The translations under genes were made by a program, and so were the position numbers. The notes beneath the pieces were generated by a model. It ran no database searches, had not been told where the DNA came from, and was given only the letters and a program-made list of their open reading frames with translations. From positions 1 to 64,000 of the forward strand of contig JAVLKG010000016.1 in the NCBI GenBank assembly GCA_032128875.1: a stretch of 64,000 nucleotides of DNA, read 5' to 3'. Shown piece after piece: positions 29,462 to 40,472 of the stretch (the stretch's first letter is position 1; every line of letters begins with the position of its first letter). Source of the stretch: Candidatus Melainabacteria bacterium 17Bon1m. GTDB taxonomy: Bacteria; Cyanobacteriota; Vampirovibrionia; Obscuribacterales; Obscuribacteraceae.

Positions 29462-31330
29462 ATGCATGCGACCAATCTACTACTTTGGCGATTTTTCTCT
29501 TTTGCTGCGGCGGTAATTCTCTTCGCCGCCAGTTTGTTGTTCTTTGTCAACTTTGCGGTGGGCGGGTTCTTTGCAAGCAAAATGGGAGCCGAGCAGAATG
29601 ATGTGCTCTTCTACGCCATTTACCCAGCGATTCTCAGCGCTATCGTCCTCCTCTTTTCGGCTTGGTCTTTACCGGGAAAGCTCTTCGAATTGATTGGCTA
29701 TTTCTCCATTTTGGAGAAGATGGCGCGCTTCGAGCTTTCCTGGCGTGAAAAGCTGTCTGGTCCAAAATGGCTGACTGTAATGGGACCAACAGGCAAGCTT
29801 GCCGATGCGCTCCTGTGGCAAGGAAAAACGGAAGAAGCCGAGAAGACTTACTACGAAGTGGCGGAATACTCGAAAGCGGCTGGTCTTTGGGCTTCTTTCA
29901 TTGTCGGTCCAAGTCTTGAGAATTATGCGGAAAGGCTGGCCGCGACCGGTCGTTTGCTGGATTATGCGGACTGGAAAGGACGTTTTCGCGGCGCCACGGT
30001 TTCACGTCGCATCATTATTGTTCTTTGGCTCGCCATGTGCGTTTTGGCTGGTCAACAAGCACTTCGATACACAGCTCAGTCCGTCCCGACAATTGCCTCG
30101 TACTTGAGCTACCTGGGACGCTACGAATTGGCTGACAGTGTACTTTCGTCCGGTAGTGAAATTCTGCATAAGTTTGCTCCGAACGCGCGCACCGAGGAAA
30201 ACGGATTCAAAATCAAGATGGCGCAAAACAACGTACGTTGGGGGCGCTTGGCAGATGCTGAAGTGCTTTATTACCAAGTAATGCCCGTCAAAGATGTTTT
30301 GGCGGGTAAGCATGATGCGGAAATTCGAGATGATGTAGAAGCCATCGGGATGTTGCAGGAGCTAGCATCGCTGAAAATGCGACGTGGTAGACCTGAAGAA
30401 GCTCGCCAGATTTTGAATAAGCTCTATAAACTTTATCCTTCTGCCAGTTTGCTTATTTCGCTTGCCGACCTGTATCTCGAAGAGGGGCAGCTGAAGCAGG
30501 CGGAAGAACAGATTGATAAAGCAGAAAAGTCAATTGCAAAAATTCCAGACGAGGACAATAAGAATTTCATTCGCCTCTCGACGCAACTTAGAAAAGGGCG
30601 GCTGCGCTTGATGGAAAAGAATGGAGCTGCGGCGGAAACGGAATTTAACACAGGGCTATTGAAAGTCGATGAAACAAAAGGCAAGCTTGAAAGTTTTCGT
30701 TTGCCTTGTCTGATTGGGCTAATGGAAGCGGCTCACATGCAGTCTGACGTGACGAAAGAGGAGAATTATCGAAAGGCTGTTCTTGCAGAAACGTTGAAAT
30801 TGCAGGGCAGCAAAACACCGCTGGATGCGTCTGTTAGCTGCCATCAGTCAGCCGAAGCGATGGAGCGGTGCGGGCAGTATGAGATTGCAGACCAGCTACT
30901 TACTGACGGAATGAACAATATTCTCAAAGCTACGTCTGCGGATAATCCTGCAATAGCATCTTATTATGTGAAACGCGGCGAGGTTGCTTTGGCGCAAGGA
31001 CATCTCGATGCAGCAGCGCATTTATGCCAAAAAGCAGTGAAGTTGATCAATGAAAAGGCGCTTAGTTCTGAGCATCCCGCGGTACTTGATGCAAATATTC
31101 TTGCGGGAATGACCTCGTTGAAACTAAAGATGCCGGATGAGGCTGCGTCATTTTTGTGGGAAGTGAAGCGCATTGTTGAAAAGAACGGACTGCAACGAAT
31201 TGAACCTAAAGTCTCCGAAGCCTTGACTCAGTACAAAAACTTGCTGATTGAGCATGGCAACGATGCGCGCGCTGATGAAGTGCAGGGTTTACTTGATGCA
31301 ACAAAGGTCAAGCAAAACAGTTACAATTAG
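29462..31330 (+). CDS. Membrane-anchored TPR protein
   Basis: N-terminal TM helices followed by TPR-like helical repeats; start uncertain. Confidence 0.78.
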   Translation: MHATNLLLWRFFSFAAAVILFAASLLFFVNFAVGGFFASKMGAEQNDVLFYAIYPAILSAIVLLFSAWSLPGKLFELIGYFSILEKMARFELSWREKLSGPKWLTVMGPTGKLADALLWQGKTEEAEKTYYEVAEYSKAAGLWASFIVGPSLENYAERLAATGRLLDYADWKGRFRGATVSRRIIIVLWLAMCVLAGQQALRYTAQSVPTIASYLSYLGRYELADSVLSSGSEILHKFAPNARTEENGFKIKMAQNNVRWGRLADAEVLYYQVMPVKDVLAGKHDAEIRDDVEAIGMLQELASLKMRRGRPEEARQILNKLYKLYPSASLLISLADLYLEEGQLKQAEEQIDKAEKSIAKIPDEDNKNFIRLSTQLRKGRLRLMEKNGAAAETEFNTGLLKVDETKGKLESFRLPCLIGLMEAAHMQSDVTKEENYRKAVLAETLKLQGSKTPLDASVSCHQSAEAMERCGQYEIADQLLTDGMNNILKATSADNPAIASYYVKRGEVALAQGHLDAAAHLCQKAVKLINEKALSSEHPAVLDANILAGMTSLKLKMPDEAASFLWEVKRIVEKNGLQRIEPKVSEALTQYKNLLIEHGNDARADEVQGLLDATKVKQNSYN

Positions 31331-31364
31331 CCGCATCGTAAACCAGGCAATAAAGGAATTTGGA

Positions 31365-32048
31365 ATGCGTAACAACTTCCGTTCAAATTTGCTGCACTCA
31401 TTTGCAGCACTTCTCGTAATAACTGCTCCAGTATTCACACAAGCTGCCAACGCTCAAGCAGCAGCACCCAGTGCTCCCGCTGCGGCACCAGCCGCTGACG
31501 CTGGTCCCACAATCGGCAAAGCCGCTCCCGCTTTCAGTCTGAAAGACTGCGACGGCAAAACCCGCAAGCTATCTGATTTTAAAGGCAAAATTGTTGTGCT
31601 TGAGTGGTTTAATCATGGATGTCCGTTTGTCAAAAAGCATTATGATTCAAACAACATGCAAGACTTGCAAAAGACATATACAGGCAAGGGCATAGTCTGG
31701 CTTTCCATCTGCTCTTCTGCAGAAGGCAAGCAAGGATTTGGAACTCCTGAAGAACATAAGAAAGCCTTCAAAGATAGAGGTGCGGCACCAACTGCGGTGC
31801 TAATCGACTCCGAAGGAACCGTTGGCCACGCATACGGCGCGAAGACAACTCCCGCGATGTACGTTATCGATGGAAAGGGCACTCTCGTGTACTCCGGAGC
31901 AATCGACGACAACCGCACTCCAGACAAAGAAGCTGCGAAGACTGCGAAGAATTTCGTAGCTGCTGCTCTTAACGAAACACTTGCGAAGAAAGCTGTTGCG
32001 ATTTCCTCGACGAAGTCCTATGGCTGCTCAATCAAATACAAGCAGTAA
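31365..32048 (+). CDS. Exported thioredoxin-fold/redoxin protein
   Basis: Signal peptide (AANA-Q), APAFSLKD, LEWFNHGCPFV, YGAKTTP, YGCSIKY. Confidence 0.9.
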   Translation: MRNNFRSNLLHSFAALLVITAPVFTQAANAQAAAPSAPAAAPAADAGPTIGKAAPAFSLKDCDGKTRKLSDFKGKIVVLEWFNHGCPFVKKHYDSNNMQDLQKTYTGKGIVWLSICSSAEGKQGFGTPEEHKKAFKDRGAAPTAVLIDSEGTVGHAYGAKTTPAMYVIDGKGTLVYSGAIDDNRTPDKEAAKTAKNFVAAALNETLAKKAVAISSTKSYGCSIKYKQ

Positions 32049-32053
32049 TTACT

Positions 32054-32175
32054 GTCGGGGCGACGCCATGCGTCGCCCGCTTTAATCCTGGGAGCGCCGG
32101 CGGCTCGCCGGCTTCGGGCGGCATTTATGCCGCCCCTACAGCTACGAGATCGTAGGGGCGGCATTCATGCCGCCC
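32054..32175. repeat. Cluster of four REP-like palindromes (BIME-like)
   Basis: GTCGGGGCGACGCCATGCGTCGCCC, the 32-bp second-family REP, GGGCGGCATTTATGCCGCCCCTAC and GTAGGGGCGGCATTCATGCCGCCC. Confidence 0.85.
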
Positions 32176-32244
32176 GGTGTCAAAAGAAACTGACACAGGT
32201 GTCACGGAATCTCTCTTCTTTTCCTCATATAACGGGAGAGCTTT

Positions 32245-33171
32245 ATGCATCCGCTGCTTAATCCCATGATGGTCGTGACCAACGTCGATCAAGTTTCGAA
32301 GTTCAAATTAACGGACTTCGAGACCCACTTGGACCCAACAAAAGTTTTGATGTGTCCTCCAACATATTTCACTGTGGAATCAGTGGACAACCCATTTATG
32401 CAAGGTAATGTTGGAGCGGTTGATAAAGAGCTCGCCCAGAAGCAGTGGAATGATCTTAAAGCCGTGTACGAGTCTCTCGGCGTTGAAGTCAAAATTATCG
32501 AACCTGTAGAAGATCTCGAAGACATGGTTTTCGCGGCAAATCAGGTGCTTCCCGGCGCCTATCCGAATGGAAGACCATTCGTAATTCTCGGGGAAATGCG
32601 CAATGAGAAGAGAAACCAGGAAGTTCCGTGGTATCGCAAATGGTTCCAAGAAAACAACTATCACATAATCGATATATTTGATTCTAAGGACAATAAAAAG
32701 CACAGCCCCTGCTTTGAAGGACAGGGCGATGCGATTTGGCATCCGGGCCGGAAGCTTCTCTATTGCGCGTTTGGACCTCGCACTGACGTAGAATCTGCGA
32801 CGCTTTTGAACATGACACTAGTAAGTCCGGTCGTTCAATTGAAACTCGCAGATCCGCGCTTCTACCACCTCGACACTTGCTTTTTCGCGATCAATGAATG
32901 GACAGTAGCGATTTACGAAGGCGCCTTTGATGAACGAGGTCTAGCGCTAATCAGGCACTTCTTCAAGAACGTCATCTCGGTCAGCGAAAAGGAAGCATTG
33001 AACTTCGCTTTGAACGCAGTTGCGATCAAGGACGACATCATTTTGCAAAAAGGCTCTCCCGAGTTTGTCGCCGCGTTGAAGAAATACGGCTTCAACGCAA
33101 TCGAAGTTGACACCAGCGAATTCATGAAATCTGGCGGCAGCGTCTTCTGCATGAAGATGATGGTGTATTAG
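32245..33171 (+). CDS. Amidinotransferase/DDAH-family (pentein) hydrolase
   Basis: VLMCPP, DMVFAAN, FEGQGD, YHLDT, C-terminal SGGSVFC with the catalytic Cys. Confidence 0.9.
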   Translation: MHPLLNPMMVVTNVDQVSKFKLTDFETHLDPTKVLMCPPTYFTVESVDNPFMQGNVGAVDKELAQKQWNDLKAVYESLGVEVKIIEPVEDLEDMVFAANQVLPGAYPNGRPFVILGEMRNEKRNQEVPWYRKWFQENNYHIIDIFDSKDNKKHSPCFEGQGDAIWHPGRKLLYCAFGPRTDVESATLLNMTLVSPVVQLKLADPRFYHLDTCFFAINEWTVAIYEGAFDERGLALIRHFFKNVISVSEKEALNFALNAVAIKDDIILQKGSPEFVAALKKYGFNAIEVDTSEFMKSGGSVFCMKMMVY

Positions 33172-33798
33172 ACTAGATATGTGAGTACGCGATACATCAA
33201 TGCATTTGCAATAGGAGTCGTTGTCGGCGTCTTCCTGTTGGTATGCGCAGCATTTGCCCCCTACATCGATAATTTTTACACTGACCCGTATAGCCATGTA
33301 CTCGGTTGTGTTCTGTTGCGATTTCGCGAGCTTTTCCTGGAGCATGGGCAATATTTTTTGCTGATCCCGGTGTGCCTTGTGTGTGGATTAGCAAAACTAG
33401 AGAGTATGAGTGAGTCTAACCTCGCTGGAGTGGCTTGTCGCAGAGCGCTCAAACTTACTGGTCTAATATTACTGGGTGTGTTTGCTGTAACCTTGGCACC
33501 ACTGTCATTACTTGGATTTGAGTTCTCACAAACTACCTTGTTGTTCGATGTTCTTGCGGTAACTCGCAACCTCGTTCAATTGCTCTGTGTTGGTCTTTTT
33601 CTCGCCGTGTGCGGTCCGGCTGAGGTGCTCTTACTTGTTACGTTTGTCTACCATCTAGACCGAGCTCATAAGCACACTGAGGAGGCAAATTCGATTCAGT
33701 TGAGTATAACGCCGAATGATTAATGAAATCCGGCGGCAGCGTCTTTTGCATGTAGATGATGGTGTATTAGACTAGATTTGTGAATAAGCGATACATCA
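33124..33798 (+). repeat. 76-bp direct repeat (33124-33199 and 33723-33798)
   Basis: Six mismatches in 76 nt; covers the 3' end of the amidinotransferase gene and the start of the membrane gene. Confidence 0.9.
33181..33723 (+). CDS. Membrane protein, paralog 1 of a tandem triplet
   Basis: GTG start; RYI.A..IG, LRF..LF..G..FL, RR.LK.TG shared with the next two ORFs. Confidence 0.7.
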   Translation: MSTRYINAFAIGVVVGVFLLVCAAFAPYIDNFYTDPYSHVLGCVLLRFRELFLEHGQYFLLIPVCLVCGLAKLESMSESNLAGVACRRALKLTGLILLGVFAVTLAPLSLLGFEFSQTTLLFDVLAVTRNLVQLLCVGLFLAVCGPAEVLLLVTFVYHLDRAHKHTEEANSIQLSITPND

Positions 33799-34370
33799 GA
33801 GCTATCTTAATCGGTGCTGCTATCGGCCTTTATTTCTTGGGTAGCAATGCTTGCTTTCCGGAGGGGCTGTTTCAGTTCATTCCCTATCACCTCGTGAGGC
33901 ACGTCCCCTTTTGGGATTTCAATCAAGGAGTGGATGCAAGCAATGTGTCCATAACGCTTCAGTACAGGGCTATTTTTTTGCGGTTCTGTCTATTGTTTCT
34001 TGAGTATGGCTTTTACTTTTTGGCAATTCCTATTGCCTTTTCCTGCTCAATGGTGAGGCTAAATGAAGGCGATGAACAGTTCAGTAGTTGGATCCTTTTG
34101 AGAAGATCACTAAAGTTAACGGGAGCCATAATGCTCTCGCTCTATCTAATCGGTTGCTCGTTTGGACTTCTTGGCGGAGGTTGGTATTCCACGTTCGCAG
34201 ATCCGAAGTTTCCAGTCATTGCTTTTTTCAGCCTATGTGAAGCATTTAAATATGCGGTCTTCTACGGAGCTGCAGAAGTAATTCTGTTCTTAGCGTTTTG
34301 CTGGGAGCTAAACTACTCCGCTTACACAGAACCAATTAACACAGTGAAACCTCTGCAAACGATTGATTAA
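33780..34370 (+). CDS. Membrane protein, paralog 2
   Basis: MNKRYIRAILIG, PFWD, LRFCLLFLEYG, RRSLKLTG. Confidence 0.7.
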   Translation: MNKRYIRAILIGAAIGLYFLGSNACFPEGLFQFIPYHLVRHVPFWDFNQGVDASNVSITLQYRAIFLRFCLLFLEYGFYFLAIPIAFSCSMVRLNEGDEQFSSWILLRRSLKLTGAIMLSLYLIGCSFGLLGGGWYSTFADPKFPVIAFFSLCEAFKYAVFYGAAEVILFLAFCWELNYSAYTEPINTVKPLQTID

Positions 34371-34373
34371 CTC

Positions 34374-35000
34374 GTGAACAAGCGATACATCAAAGCAATT
34401 CTAATCGGTGCGGCTTTAGGCCTCGCAACGCTTTTGAGTTGGGCGACTTGCCATAGCCTGACTGCATTCACTTTTGCGGGTGTTCCGATGTCCTACATTC
34501 CGTTTTGGGATACCCACTCTTCCGCATATAGACATGTTAGACCCGACCTACAGGCTGCGGCGGTACTGTTGCGATTTTGCATGCTGCTATTCCATAACGG
34601 CTACAATTTTCTTCCTCCAATTCTTGTCTGTTGTCTAATTGCTAAATTGGAGGATTTGAAAGATTCCAACATCGCTGGAGTAGCTTTTCGACGGGCGCTC
34701 AAGGCTACAGGATTGGTATTGCTTGGTTTATGGCTCTTGGGTTTGATTGCGTTCGCCATAATTGCCCGTGATGGCTTATCACCCTATTTGAGTTGGGATA
34801 TCATACCTCTAGCTGCGCTCGAGTTTATCGGATTCATTCCTGTTTCAATAGCCGAAGGATTATCGCTCAGCGTTTATGTAGGCATATCTCCGGTAATCTT
34901 TGCTGCGTCCCTTATTTGCCATTACTGTGCTGCAAAACAAGAATGGTCCAAGAGAATCGCACAAGTTCAAAGCGAATGCGCTGATGTTCACCAGAAATGA
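34374..35000 (+). CDS. Membrane protein, paralog 3
   Basis: MNKRYIKAILIG, PFWD, LRFCMLLF, RRALKATG. Confidence 0.7.
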   Translation: MNKRYIKAILIGAALGLATLLSWATCHSLTAFTFAGVPMSYIPFWDTHSSAYRHVRPDLQAAAVLLRFCMLLFHNGYNFLPPILVCCLIAKLEDLKDSNIAGVAFRRALKATGLVLLGLWLLGLIAFAIIARDGLSPYLSWDIIPLAALEFIGFIPVSIAEGLSLSVYVGISPVIFAASLICHYCAAKQEWSKRIAQVQSECADVHQK

Positions 35001-36214
35001 TGTACGAAGGTTTTAAGTTGAAACATCGCGATATGCTGTGTCACTGTACGTCATCGGTTTTCCTTGCTGCAGCATGCACCTTGTTTATTTCTGTGCCACG
35101 AGTGAGCGCGGACACTTCGTTTGATTCTGGCGTGAAGCAGTTTGCGCAGGGGAAGTATCAAGAAGCGCTGACGTCGTTTCAGGCTTCGGAATCCGGCGGA
35201 ATGAAAGAGGCGAAGCTCTATTACTACGAGGCACTCTGCAATCAGCAGTTGAAGAACTACGACAAAGCGCGATTGCTATTTCAGTACGTGGTGAATAAGT
35301 TTCCCCAATCCGATGCGGCTATTTTGGCAAACCAGGCGCTAGGTGTTCGAAGCGCGCAGCCCGCTGCGCCGGCGCCCGCTCCGCAAGCTGCTACACAACC
35401 GGAAGAGGCTACTGTTCCATTTGCCAGCAGTCCTTTTGCCAGCCACATTTATGTGAATGTCCTGGTCAATGGACAACCAATAACGATGATGCTCGACACT
35501 GGAGCATCGTACACGACTTTTGCTCAGTCGGTTTTGACCAATAACAACATCAAAATTCCGACAGTGAAAAACGCAATGCGCGTTACGGGAGTCGGCGGGG
35601 AATCTAGCGTTTCGGTAGGGCGAGTGATAATTCAATTTGGCGAGGTTAGTCAGCTCGTTCCGATTTGCATTCAGGACGATACTATTCCTGGCACGGCGAG
35701 TTCAGTGCCGTTGCTTGGTCAGTCGTTTCTCTCGGCGTTCAACTACGAAATTGATTATCGCGCGCGAACTGTCAAAGTCATGCGCGTAAAATCGGAAGCT
35801 GTGCAGAAGCCGAAGCGTGGCGCATCATCTTACTCTCGTGATCCTAACGCTGTTCCATTTCGAAGAGAAGGCAATCTAATTGAAGTGACCGCAAAAATCA
35901 ACGGTCGCGAGTGCGACATGATTTTGGACACCGGTGCAGAGTCGGTCGCGTTTTCAGACAAAGCGTTAGCTGCACTAGGTCTCAACGTGCCCACCAACTC
36001 TCGACGCCTTATCGCGAGTGGCGTTGGCGGACACAGAGAAGGGTATTCATTTACATTGAACGAAGTCCAACTAGGTCCGATTGTCAAAAAGTACGTGCGT
36101 GCAGGTTCGGCGAACTACATGGCTATTTCGAAGCCACTTCTAGGACATTCGTTTTTTGAAGGAACAGCATTCACTGTGGACAATGAAGCGCACGTGCTGA
36201 GGTTTACACCTTGA
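34997..36214 (+). CDS. Exported TPR plus tandem retropepsin-like aspartyl protease
   Basis: Signal peptide, TPR, two LDTGA motifs each followed by LLG; start uncertain. Confidence 0.85.
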   Translation: MMYEGFKLKHRDMLCHCTSSVFLAAACTLFISVPRVSADTSFDSGVKQFAQGKYQEALTSFQASESGGMKEAKLYYYEALCNQQLKNYDKARLLFQYVVNKFPQSDAAILANQALGVRSAQPAAPAPAPQAATQPEEATVPFASSPFASHIYVNVLVNGQPITMMLDTGASYTTFAQSVLTNNNIKIPTVKNAMRVTGVGGESSVSVGRVIIQFGEVSQLVPICIQDDTIPGTASSVPLLGQSFLSAFNYEIDYRARTVKVMRVKSEAVQKPKRGASSYSRDPNAVPFRREGNLIEVTAKINGRECDMILDTGAESVAFSDKALAALGLNVPTNSRRLIASGVGGHREGYSFTLNEVQLGPIVKKYVRAGSANYMAISKPLLGHSFFEGTAFTVDNEAHVLRFTP

Positions 36215-36217
36215 AAA

Positions 36218-36243
36218 TAGGTCGACGCATGGCGTCGACCCTA
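36218..36243. repeat. REP-like palindrome between convergent genes
   Basis: TAGGTCGACGCATGGCGTCGACCCTA. Confidence 0.65.
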
Positions 36244-37524
36244 TTAACCGGAGACGAGTTTTACAAACTTGCGACGGCCAACTTGTAGAACCAATTCAGC
36301 ACCATTGTCGACGGTGACTTGGTGCATTGGATCTTTCACTTGTTCTCCGTTGATGCGGACGCCGCCTTCTTGCACGAGGCGCTTCGCTTCGCCAGAGCCG
36401 CCGGAGAGTTTTGAATCAACCATCACACGGAAAAGTGGTGTTGGTTCTGACACCGTATGCGATGGCATGTCGTCGGGAATCTGCTTTTCGCTGTGTACTT
36501 TTGTCCAGTTGGCGAGGGCAGCATCAGCTGCGGCCTGTCCGTGATATTGAAGAACAAGCTGGTGACCAAGTTTTTCTTTTGCGTCCTTCGGGTTTCCGCC
36601 TTTTTCAAGCATCTCTTTCACTTCATCAATTTCCTTGCCGGAGAAAGCGGAAGTGAGATCGAAATACTTGATAATGAGCTCATCCGGAATGCGCATGCAC
36701 TTGCCGAACATGTCATCTGGTTCGTCTTTCAGTGCGATGTAATTGTTGTACGATTTGGACATTTTCTTGACGCCGTCCGTACCTTCAAGCAGCGGAAGCA
36801 GCATTGCCATCTGTGCTTCTTGCTTGTAATGCGGCTGCAGCTCACGTCCTTGAAGGATGTTGAAGCGCTGGTCAGTCCCGCCGAGTTCGATGTCTGCGCG
36901 AATCGCGACCGAATCGTAAGCTTGAAGAAGCGGATAGAAAAGTTCGTGGAACGATACTGGTTGTTGCTTGTCGAGTCTGTCGCCGAACGCTTCTTTGGCG
37001 ATAAGTTGGTTGGCCGTGCACGTGCTGGCCAGCTTGATTACGTCTTTCAAGCTGAGCGGATCTAGCCAATCGGCATTGTTTGTCATCTCGACCTTGTTGA
37101 GGTCGAGTATAAGTTCGATCTGATTCAAATATGTTTCTGCATTTTTCGCGACGTCTTCGGCTGACAGTGGTGGACGCGTGGCGTTGCGACCAGTGGGATC
37201 GCCGATGCGAGCAGTGAATCCGCCAATGATAAGAACAACTTGATGACCGAAATCTTGAAACTTCTTGAGTTTGCGAAGAAGAACTGCGTGTCCGACGTGC
37301 AAGTCAGCGGCGGTCGGGTCGACGCCGAGCTTAGCTCTCAATGGGCGTCCTTCTTTCTTTGCCTTATAGATCCGGCGGGCAAGTCCCATTGCGCCATCCG
37401 GCAAGACTTCCGCTCCACGACAAAGCTCTTGCGCTTGGTCGATGATTTCTTGCGGAATCTGTTCTTGGGCGTCTTTGTCGTCTGCCACGGTCTGCTGTTT
37501 CACCATCTCGCTGTTCTGAGACAT
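36244..37524 (-). CDS. tyrS: Tyrosine--tRNA ligase
   Basis: KLGVDPT..DLHVGH, YPLLQAYD, GGTDQ, KMSKS, C-terminal S4 domain; RBS AAGGA before MSQNS. Confidence 0.97.
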   Translation of the reverse strand: MSQNSEMVKQQTVADDKDAQEQIPQEIIDQAQELCRGAEVLPDGAMGLARRIYKAKKEGRPLRAKLGVDPTAADLHVGHAVLLRKLKKFQDFGHQVVLIIGGFTARIGDPTGRNATRPPLSAEDVAKNAETYLNQIELILDLNKVEMTNNADWLDPLSLKDVIKLASTCTANQLIAKEAFGDRLDKQQPVSFHELFYPLLQAYDSVAIRADIELGGTDQRFNILQGRELQPHYKQEAQMAMLLPLLEGTDGVKKMSKSYNNYIALKDEPDDMFGKCMRIPDELIIKYFDLTSAFSGKEIDEVKEMLEKGGNPKDAKEKLGHQLVLQYHGQAAADAALANWTKVHSEKQIPDDMPSHTVSEPTPLFRVMVDSKLSGGSGEAKRLVQEGGVRINGEQVKDPMHQVTVDNGAELVLQVGRRKFVKLVSG

Positions 37525-37551
37525 AGCGGTTTCCTTCGTCATTTTGAGAAC

Positions 37552-37913
37552 CGGGCGACGCATGGCGTCGCCCCTACAAAATGCTGGCAGCCGGTTCAGG
37601 GTCGCAAGCATTTTAAGTAGCTAAGAATCTTAGCATGGACCTCTTCTTTGCTTGTTCCAAAGTACCTACTGAGATAAGATGACTGTTCCGGGGCTCGGAA
37701 GAGCACCGGGCTAGGTGTGCTCTGAAAAGAGCGCCAGGGAGGCTTTCGAGCTTTTCGTATGCGTCCTCAAACTTGGGGCGGGCGATGCATCGTATCGCCT
37801 CTTTACAGAAAAACAAAATGGGCGCGTGCAACGCGCCCCCACGCAAAGCAAAAACGGTGCAAGCATCGCGCCGGTACAGAAAAACAAAACGGGCGCGTGC
37901 AAGCGCCTCCACG
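37552..37913. repeat. REP-like palindromes in the tyrS/leuS divergent region, including a ~71-bp duplicated unit
   Basis: GGGCGACGCATGGCGTCGCCCCTAC at 37553; TACAGAAAAACAAAA(T/C)GGGCGCGTGCAA at 37804 and 37875. Confidence 0.8.
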
Positions 37914-37925
37914 GAGAAAACAGAA

Positions 37926-40472
37926 ATGGCTAGCCAGTATGTCCCGCAGGATATTGAAGAAAAATGGCAGGTTGAGTGGGAAAAATTAGGCATCTATCAG
38001 GCTCACGACCTTGATAAGAAGCCGAAATACTACTCGCTGGTTATGTTTCCGTACCCGTCGGGCGACTTGCACATGGGGCACATGCGCGTTTACACAATCT
38101 CTGATGTGATTTCGCGCCAGAGACGCATGCTTGGCTACAACGTTCTCAATCCCATGGGTTGGGATGCTTTCGGTTTGCCTGCTGAAAACGCGGCAATGTC
38201 GCGCAAGAAACACCCGGAAGAATGGACCACCAGCAATATCAAGTTCATGCGTGACGAGCAATTGAAAAAGCTCGGAACTAGCTATGACTGGCGGCGCGAG
38301 GTGACGACTTGCAACAAAGATTATTATCACTGGACTCAATGGATTATCCTCAAGTTTTTTGAAAACGGGCTCGCCGTGCGTAAAGAAGCACCAGTAAATT
38401 GGTGCCCGGACTGCCACACCGTGCTCGCGAACGAGCAGGTTGTCGACGGCAATTGCTGGCGCCATTTGGAAACCCGCGTCGAGCAAAAGATGATGAGCCA
38501 ATGGTTCCTCAAAATCACGAAGTATGCAGATCCGCTTCTCGAAGACCTCGACAAGTTGGTTGGTTGGCCGGAACGCGTTCGCGTTATGCAGCAAAATTGG
38601 ATCGGAAGATCGGAAGGCGCCGAGCTTGTTTTCACTGTTGAGAACAAGCCCAATGTTCAAATACCGGTTTTCACAACCAGACCTGACACTGTATTTGGTG
38701 TGGCTTGCATGGTGCTCGCACCTGAACATGCGCTTGTAAAAGAGCTCACGACGCCTGAGTGCAAGGAAGCCGTCGAGAAGTATGTTGATGAAGCGGCGCA
38801 CAAGACCGAACTCGACAGGTTGTCGACTGAAAAGAGCAAAACCGGCGTCCCGATTGGCTCTCATGTAATCAACCCATTTAACGGCGACATCGTTCCGATC
38901 TGGGTTGCCGACTATGCGCTCGTGAATTATGGAACTGGCGCTGTGATGAACGTACCAGCTCATGATGAGCGCGACTTCGAGTTTGCCAAGAAATTCAACT
39001 TGCCGATTAAACAAGTAGTTTCGGAAGACGGCACCAAGGTCGACGAAATGAAAGAGGCTTACACCGGCGAAGGCACCATGGTCAATTCCGGCGGTTTCGA
39101 TGGATTGACCAACGCTGAAGCCAAAAAGAAAATGACTGAGTGGGCCTCCAACAACAACTGTGGAAAGCCCCGCACACAGTATCGCTTGCGCGATTGGTTG
39201 ATCAGCCGTCAGCGTTATTGGGGTTGTCCGATTCCTGTAATCCACTGCGAAAAATGCGGAGTGGTGACAGAGAAGGAAGAGAATCTTCCTGTCATTTTGC
39301 CGACTGAAGGTGTTGAGATTACAGGTGAAGGCGGCTCACCGCTTAAGCGCATGGATGATTGGATCAATGTCACTTGCCATAAGTGCGGCGGTCCGGCTAA
39401 GCGCGAAACCGACACCATGGACACGTTTATCTGTTCCAGTTGGTATTTCTTGCGTTATCCGGATGCGCTCAACGATAAAGAAGCGTTCGCCAAAGAGAAG
39501 GTCAATTACTGGATGCCGGTCGATCAGTACATCGGCGGTATCGAGCACGCAATTTTGCACTTGCTCTATGCGCGTTTCTTCACCAAGGCCTTGCGCGATT
39601 TGGGCTATGTCAACTGTGACGAGCCTTTCACCAACTTGCTTTCGCAGGGCATGGTAACTAAGTTTTCGCCCACTTCCGGACGCATCGAGAAGATGTCCAA
39701 GTCGCGCGGCAACGTTGTCGGGACGACCGATTTCTTCAAGAAATACGGCGCGGACTCGGCTCGTTTGTTCACGCTTTTCGCGGCACCACCAGAGCAAGAG
39801 CTCGAATGGAATGAGGACGGTGCCGTTGGACAGTATCGCTTCCTTGGTCGTGTCTGGAGATTGGTCACCGACCTCATCGACGCCGGCGCAATTTCCCAGA
39901 ATGATGCGGCTCCTGCCTTTGACTCACTGCCGGATTCTGGCAAAGTGGCGCTCAAATTGGTTCACAAAACTATCAAAGCCGTCACCAAAGATTTGCAGCC
40001 AGAAAGATATGTTTTCAACACTGCCATCGCCCGTTTGATGGAGTTGGTCAACGGTTTGAATGACTATCTCCGCGCCGTGAAAGCGGTTGAAAATCCCCAA
40101 AGTCTTTCTGATGGCGAAAAGGCGTTGCTTGGTTTTGCCAGCCGCCACTTGCTCTTGTTGCTCGCACCGATGGCGCCGCACATTTCGGAAGAGCTTTTCC
40201 AGATGTTGCCAGCCCGCAAAGGTAAGACTGGTTCGATTCACACCGAGTCCTGGCCCGGTTACGAAGAAGCGTTGACAGTGGACGACGAGATCGAACTGGT
40301 CATCCAGGTCAATGGCAAAATCGTTAACAAAATTGCCGCCCGCCGGGGGCTCGACAAGCAACAGGCCGAAGAGATTGCATTAACTGACGACAAGGTTAAA
40401 GACAAGCTCAATGGAAGCTCAGTGAAAAAAGTGATTGTCGTGCCCGACAAGCTAGTTAACGTGGTAATTTGA
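37926..40472 (+). CDS. leuS: Leucine--tRNA ligase
   Basis: [19 protein letters not shown] editing domain, [16 protein letters not shown]. Confidence 0.98.
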   Translation: MASQYVPQDIEEKWQVEWEKLGIYQAHDLDKKPKYYSLVMFPYPSGDLHMGHMRVYTISDVISRQRRMLGYNVLNPMGWDAFGLPAENAAMSRKKHPEEWTTSNIKFMRDEQLKKLGTSYDWRREVTTCNKDYYHWTQWIILKFFENGLAVRKEAPVNWCPDCHTVLANEQVVDGNCWRHLETRVEQKMMSQWFLKITKYADPLLEDLDKLVGWPERVRVMQQNWIGRSEGAELVFTVENKPNVQIPVFTTRPDTVFGVACMVLAPEHALVKELTTPECKEAVEKYVDEAAHKTELDRLSTEKSKTGVPIGSHVINPFNGDIVPIWVADYALVNYGTGAVMNVPAHDERDFEFAKKFNLPIKQVVSEDGTKVDEMKEAYTGEGTMVNSGGFDGLTNAEAKKKMTEWASNNNCGKPRTQYRLRDWLISRQRYWGCPIPVIHCEKCGVVTEKEENLPVILPTEGVEITGEGGSPLKRMDDWINVTCHKCGGPAKRETDTMDTFICSSWYFLRYPDALNDKEAFAKEKVNYWMPVDQYIGGIEHAILHLLYARFFTKALRDLGYVNCDEPFTNLLSQGMVTKFSPTSGRIEKMSKSRGNVVGTTDFFKKYGADSARLFTLFAAPPEQELEWNEDGAVGQYRFLGRVWRLVTDLIDAGAISQNDAAPAFDSLPDSGKVALKLVHKTIKAVTKDLQPERYVFNTAIARLMELVNGLNDYLRAVKAVENPQSLSDGEKALLGFASRHLLLLLAPMAPHISEELFQMLPARKGKTGSIHTESWPGYEEALTVDDEIELVIQVNGKIVNKIAARRGLDKQQAEEIALTDDKVKDKLNGSSVKKVIVVPDKLVNVVI

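Noticed and set aside
37525-37925. N-terminal extensions of TyrS/LeuS, or T-box leaders
   Set aside because: The extensions translate REP palindromes and better RBS-linked starts exist; no T-box consensus (GGTGGNACCGCG) seen.
37986-39245. 419-aa antisense ORF
   Set aside because: Lies entirely opposite leuS; a typical codon-bias shadow.
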